From an uncultured Nitrososphaerota archaeon (lineage in GTDB: Archaea; Thermoproteota; EX4484-205; JAAOZO01), in NCBI GenBank assembly GCA_964408285.1, contig CAYOYV010000006.1, positions 1-11,173 of the forward strand: a stretch of DNA of 11,173 nucleotides. The letters are read 5' to 3'. The translations under genes and the position numbers were made by a program. The notes under the pieces were generated by a model. It was not told where the DNA came from. It searched no databases and saw only the letters and a list, made by a program, of their open reading frames with translations. Of the stretch, positions 8,060 through 11,173 are shown piece after piece; the first letter of the stretch is position 1, and every line of letters starts with the position of its first letter.

Positions 8060-8719
8060 CTAGGGCTTTCCGATTGGCTTGACAGGGGCCTCCCTAATGA
8101 TTCTTTGAATCAACTTCTCTAGGACGACCAACCTGTCCGGCTTGCAGAGCAGTTGACAAAGCGTCAACATCAATGAAGCCCCAGCCACCCGCTGTATTCT
8201 AGATTTATCTTGAATGGACAAAGCGAGATTTAGTTGTTCAAGCATGTCGCCAAACATGGCATTACTCTCTGAAGAGAGTTCGTTGATCATTTTCTCAGTA
8301 TCTCTGAGGATTTCTCGTTCTTTCTTGGCTAGTCTCATTCTATATGTCGTTACCATTATCTGCTTCAAGAAAGGCCTCACTTTATTTTGCATTTCCCTAT
8401 ACATTCTGGGAGGAACAGGGCCTCTCAGACGAGTATTCACACCCAATCCAACTATGCAGGGGGAAACAGCCAGTCCGTAGTATTTTTCGACTAGGTTGTT
8501 GTTAATCGTCCTCGTCTCCTCTAACTTCACAAAACCGGCTCTTTCGAGCTTCTTCATATGGAAATGTATCGTGGCTGGTGTTCTTTCCAGTTTCCTAGCC
8601 AATTGGCTCAGGGACATTGGTTTTTCCGTAAGGCTGTGGATGATCCCCTGTCTCGTTTCGTCTACCAGAACTCCAACTTTGTCCGGGTCCTCAATGACCT
8701 GGACCTCACACGGTTTCAT
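8060..8719 (-). CDS. ArsR/SmtB-like winged-HTH transcriptional regulator with a long C-terminal domain
   Basis: DETRQGIIHSL.EKPMSLSQLARKL..TPATIHFHMKKLERAGFV...VEKYY; GGAGG SD at 8731-8727; divergent from arsM. Confidence 0.88.
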   Translation of the reverse strand: MKPCEVQVIEDPDKVGVLVDETRQGIIHSLTEKPMSLSQLARKLERTPATIHFHMKKLERAGFVKLEETRTINNNLVEKYYGLAVSPCIVGLGVNTRLRGPVPPRMYREMQNKVRPFLKQIMVTTYRMRLAKKEREILRDTEKMINELSSESNAMFGDMLEQLNLALSIQDKSRIQRVAGASLMLTLCQLLCKPDRLVVLEKLIQRIIREAPVKPIGKP

Positions 8720-8738
8720 TGTCCCGCCTCCTTTTAGA

Positions 8739-8780
8739 TGAAGATTTAAAGGGAACCCGCTATTTATGTGTCTTCAGGAG
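8739..8780. promoter_or_regulatory. Overlapping divergent BRE/TATA promoters and candidate operator for the regulator and arsM
   Basis: Plus strand TGAAGA-TTTAAA at 8739-8750; minus strand TGAAGA-CA-CATAAATA at 8776-8761; AGGAG at 8776-8780 precedes ATG 8788. Confidence 0.55.
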
Positions 8781-8787
8781 CGAGAGG

Positions 8788-9570
8788 ATGACCGAGATGG
8801 ATGATGAGTCGATCAAGAAGTATGTGAAGAAGCGATATGGAGAAGTGGCAAGAGGTGCATGTGACTGCTGCGCACAACCGCTATCAGACGTGCATAGTTT
8901 GGCTGAATTAAGGCTGGCCGGATATTCCCTAGAAGACCTTGAAGGGCTACCCCTGTCTGTTCTGAACGCATCAAGTGGCTGTGGAAATCCTACAGCTTTG
9001 GCAGAGCTCAGGGAGGGAGAAACTGTTCTTGACCTAGGCTCAGGAGGTGGCATAGACGCCTTTCTGGCAGCTAGGAAGGTCGGACCGAAAGGCAGAGTCA
9101 TCGGCGTTGACATGACAGAGGAGATGGTGGAACTCGCAAACCAAAACGTGAAGGAGATAGGCGCAACAAATGTTGAATTCAAGGTGGGAGACATTCAGAA
9201 TCTGCCCATCGAAGACATGTCGGTTGATGTAGTCATGAGCAATTGTGTTATTTGTCTTTCGACTAACAAAGGCACGGTCTTTGATGAGGCTTACAGGGTT
9301 CTAAGACATGGAGGACGCATGGTCGTTTCAGACATCATCACAAGGGCGGAGCTGCCGAAAGAGATAGGAAGCGGTCTCAAAGCTTGGGCTGATTGCGTTG
9401 CCGGAGCACTAAGAGAAGACGAGTACCTCTCAGAAATTAAGCAGGCGGGTTTCGACCACCCTGAGATAATATCCGAGAAGAAACTGACCCTTCTCAAAAG
9501 AGAAGAGAACAGGCTCGTTCAGATCCCTCACGAGCTATACAGCATTCAGGTAAAGGCCGTTAAATCCTAG
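8788..9570 (+). CDS. arsM: Arsenite S-adenosylmethionine methyltransferase (start ATG 8788 or 8797, not TTG 8719)
   Basis: [25 protein letters not shown] motif [25 protein letters not shown] and WADCVAGAL. The ArsM-diagnostic cysteines are present. Confidence 0.92.
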   Translation: MTEMDDESIKKYVKKRYGEVARGACDCCAQPLSDVHSLAELRLAGYSLEDLEGLPLSVLNASSGCGNPTALAELREGETVLDLGSGGGIDAFLAARKVGPKGRVIGVDMTEEMVELANQNVKEIGATNVEFKVGDIQNLPIEDMSVDVVMSNCVICLSTNKGTVFDEAYRVLRHGGRMVVSDIITRAELPKEIGSGLKAWADCVAGALREDEYLSEIKQAGFDHPEIISEKKLTLLKREENRLVQIPHELYSIQVKAVKS

Positions 9571-9620
9571 GCGCCATACACCCAATCAATCATCCCGGTG
9601 GGAAGAACAGAGTGGATTTC

Positions 9621-9640
9621 GGTTAAACTTAATTAAGGGT
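9621..9640 (+). promoter_or_regulatory. Putative TATA box for a leaderless rps19 transcript
   Basis: TTAATTAA at 9629-9636, within palindrome CTTAATTAAG (9628-9637), 23-30 nt upstream of ATG 9659; no SD at normal spacing. Confidence 0.6.
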
Positions 9641-9658
9641 GAAACGGTCAGCTGAACG

Positions 9659-10072
9659 ATGTCTGAAATCACGACCTACAGGGGGTACAGTCTGGAGCAG
9701 CTCAATGCCATGTCCATAGACGATCTCCTGAGACAAAAGGTGCTTCCATCGAGAGCTAGGCGTTCGCTCTCCAGGGGGCTTCATCCCGAAACTAGGAAAT
9801 TGCTTGAAGTGGTACGAAGGGCAAGGGCTGAGGTGGACAAGGGGAATCCTCAACCACCCATTGAGACAGAAAGGCGCGACATGGTCATACTCCCGGAGAT
9901 GGTCGGCCTCGAAATCAAGATCCACAGCGGGAAGGAATTCATGCCAGTCAAAATAACGTTGCCGATGGTGGGTCACTTCCTAGGAGAATTTGCAATAACG
10001 AACAAGAAGGTAGTTCACGGAAAGCCGGGAGTGGGGGCAAGCAGATCATCGATGTATGTTCCATTGAAATGA
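9659..10072 (+). CDS. rps19: 30S ribosomal protein uS19
   Basis: Motifs [40 protein letters not shown] and [18 protein letters not shown]. Confidence 0.97.
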   Translation: MSEITTYRGYSLEQLNAMSIDDLLRQKVLPSRARRSLSRGLHPETRKLLEVVRRARAEVDKGNPQPPIETERRDMVILPEMVGLEIKIHSGKEFMPVKITLPMVGHFLGEFAITNKKVVHGKPGVGASRSSMYVPLK

Positions 10073-10219
10073 CCATTTTCTCGGGAATTAGGGGAAAAGG
10101 GCCGGAATTCTAGGGAATTGGATTACATCGAGATACCCGCCTGTGGCGGTCTTCGTTATCAGCATCCGTGGTGCAATTGCACGCGCTCGTGTTCAAGTGA
10201 AAAAAGGATAGAAATTCGC

Positions 10220-10306
10220 CTAATTGGGGAATTCTTGCCGAATCCATCTGCAATTCTTCATCTGTTCTTGAAACGCGCTATCCAAATCCGTTTCTACATC
10301 GACCAC
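10220..10306 (-). pseudogene. Possible remnant of a small protein gene (28 codons)
   Basis: A GTG-started frame reads VVDVETDLDSAFQEQMKNCRWIRQEFPN*. It loosely recalls the N-terminus of DUF5678-type small archaeal proteins; this is recall only and unverified. Confidence 0.15.
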
Positions 10307-10345
10307 TCTAATATCTCGGAAGACTAACCTCCTAGGCGCGAGAAA

Positions 10346-11173
10346 CTAGGGCCAATTCTTCTTCTTAGCAATTCGACGAGTTAGACCCAGTTTGATTGCG
10401 AGTTGCCATATGTAATGGGGGCTGGTGTTAAGTTTCTTGGCTATATCTCGCGTCGGGATCTTCCTGTAATTTTGCACAAGGTATCTCTTTTCGTCGTCAA
10501 TCAAAGGCACTTTTCTGTATCGGATGTAGCCGACTTGTTCTGTCAGATGGAGCCTGTGCGCAATCACATAGATTTCCATGATAGTCAAGCCAACCTCGTG
10601 AGCTATCTGCTTTGCGGGCTTTGTACCATATTCCCTGGTGAGTTTCTCCGCTATTGCTCTGTCGACGTGATGTGCAATGTTCTGGTCAATCTTGTATAGC
10701 ATGCTCTTGTGCACAAATGGCTTCACAATCTCAATGAATCTATCGGTCGCCGTGGTTGAGAGCAGCAGTTTCGGATATCGCTTTCGCTTCAACCCCACCC
10801 TGACATTTGCCCCTAGTAATTCTCGAAATCGCGTCGCCATCATTTCGTTTTCTTGCATTGTGAAATCTGATGAATACAGAATAGATTGATTTGAGTAGTA
10901 GTTGTACTCACCGTCATCTTGGTAGAAAACGGCCAAGGAAAGCGGAGATGCAACTAGGAGCTCGAGGCCTTTCCGCGTCACTATCTTTCTTCTTTTGCCA
11001 TTTGCTTCGGTTCTGTAGAAGAGCGGTTCAAGGCCGAGTAGCGCCCGATCTCGGAACTGGAAATACGGGATCAATTTCCCTTTGCTATATCCGTGTGTCA
11101 TTAGGCGGATCTTGACGCTGTCTGGTCTGCCAAGCATCGCCGCCTTCCACTTGAGGTAGTCAATCTGTCTCAT
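10346..11173 (-). CDS. LAGLIDADG (LAGLIDADG_2-like) endonuclease with two C-terminal HTH-like repeats; probably 5'-truncated by the window
   Basis: Q..YL.WK segment, second LAGLIDADG helix PLSLAVFYQDDG, F..EN..M and F..IVKPFVH.SMLYKI domain end. The first LAGLIDADG helix would lie beyond 11173. Confidence 0.85.
   Translation of the reverse strand: MRQIDYLKWKAAMLGRPDSVKIRLMTHGYSKGKLIPYFQFRDRALLGLEPLFYRTEANGKRRKIVTRKGLELLVASPLSLAVFYQDDGEYNYYSNQSILYSSDFTMQENEMMATRFRELLGANVRVGLKRKRYPKLLLSTTATDRFIEIVKPFVHKSMLYKIDQNIAHHVDRAIAEKLTREYGTKPAKQIAHEVGLTIMEIYVIAHRLHLTEQVGYIRYRKVPLIDDEKRYLVQNYRKIPTRDIAKKLNTSPHYIWQLAIKLGLTRRIAKKKNWP
10379..10642 (-). repeat. Two protein-level HTH-like repeats with a 54-aa period
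   Basis: aa178-211 LTREYGTKPAKQIAHEVGLTIMEIYVIAHRLHLT aligns without gaps to aa232-265 LVQNYRKIPTRDIAKKLNTSPHYIWQLAIKLGLT. Confidence 0.75.

Noticed and set aside
8719-8787. ArsM N-terminal extension from TTG 8719
   Set aside because: It spans the divergent promoter region; the SD and family N-terminus point to ATG 8788 or 8797.
10118-10327. 69-aa plus-strand ORF after rps19 as a possible rpl22 or zinc-binding protein
   Set aside because: No resemblance to uL22, a TTG start, and a cysteine pattern I do not recognise.
9565-10339. Direct repeat TCCTAGGCGC at 9565 and 10330 flanking rps19, as a possible target-site duplication
   Set aside because: It also occurs inside rpl3 at 3998, and dozens of chance 10-mer pairs are expected in 11 kb.
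10073-10345. Group I or bulge-helix-bulge intron 3' part, or an RNA exon, downstream of the endonuclease
   Set aside because: No convincing intron core elements and no rRNA or tRNA sequence recognised.
10220-10348. 41 open codons in frame after the endonuclease TAG, suggesting amber read-through
   Set aside because: The chance of such an open run is roughly 14%, TAG is a normal stop in this window, and no domain continues.
1-11173. CRISPR array, tRNA, rRNA, IS transposase or integrase
   Set aside because: None seen. The short GGAATT repeats lack regular spacing, and intergenic gaps show no cloverleaf or terminal repeats.

Overview
Archaeal window, most likely a TACK/Thermoproteota-type lineage (archaeal-type ribosomal proteins, GGAGG/GGTG ribosome-binding sites, TATA-like promoters). 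Left: a 2-oxoacid:ferredoxin oxidoreductase operon (gamma-delta-alpha-beta) on the minus strand, whose beta gene is absent from the ORF track and runs off the edge. Divergent from it: a SPOUT methyltransferase and rpl3-rpl4-rpl23-rpl2. The S10-like cluster is broken twice. Between rpl2 and rps19 lies a ~3.1-kb block with a DHA3/MefA-like MFS exporter and a divergent ArsR-family regulator/arsM pair. After rps19, where rpl22 normally follows, there is a palindrome-rich spacer and a convergent, apparently free-standing LAGLIDADG endonuclease with two C-terminal HTH-like repeats, probably 5'-truncated by the window edge. rps19 appears to have its own leaderless promoter. All calls come from motif recognition by eye; no database search was run.
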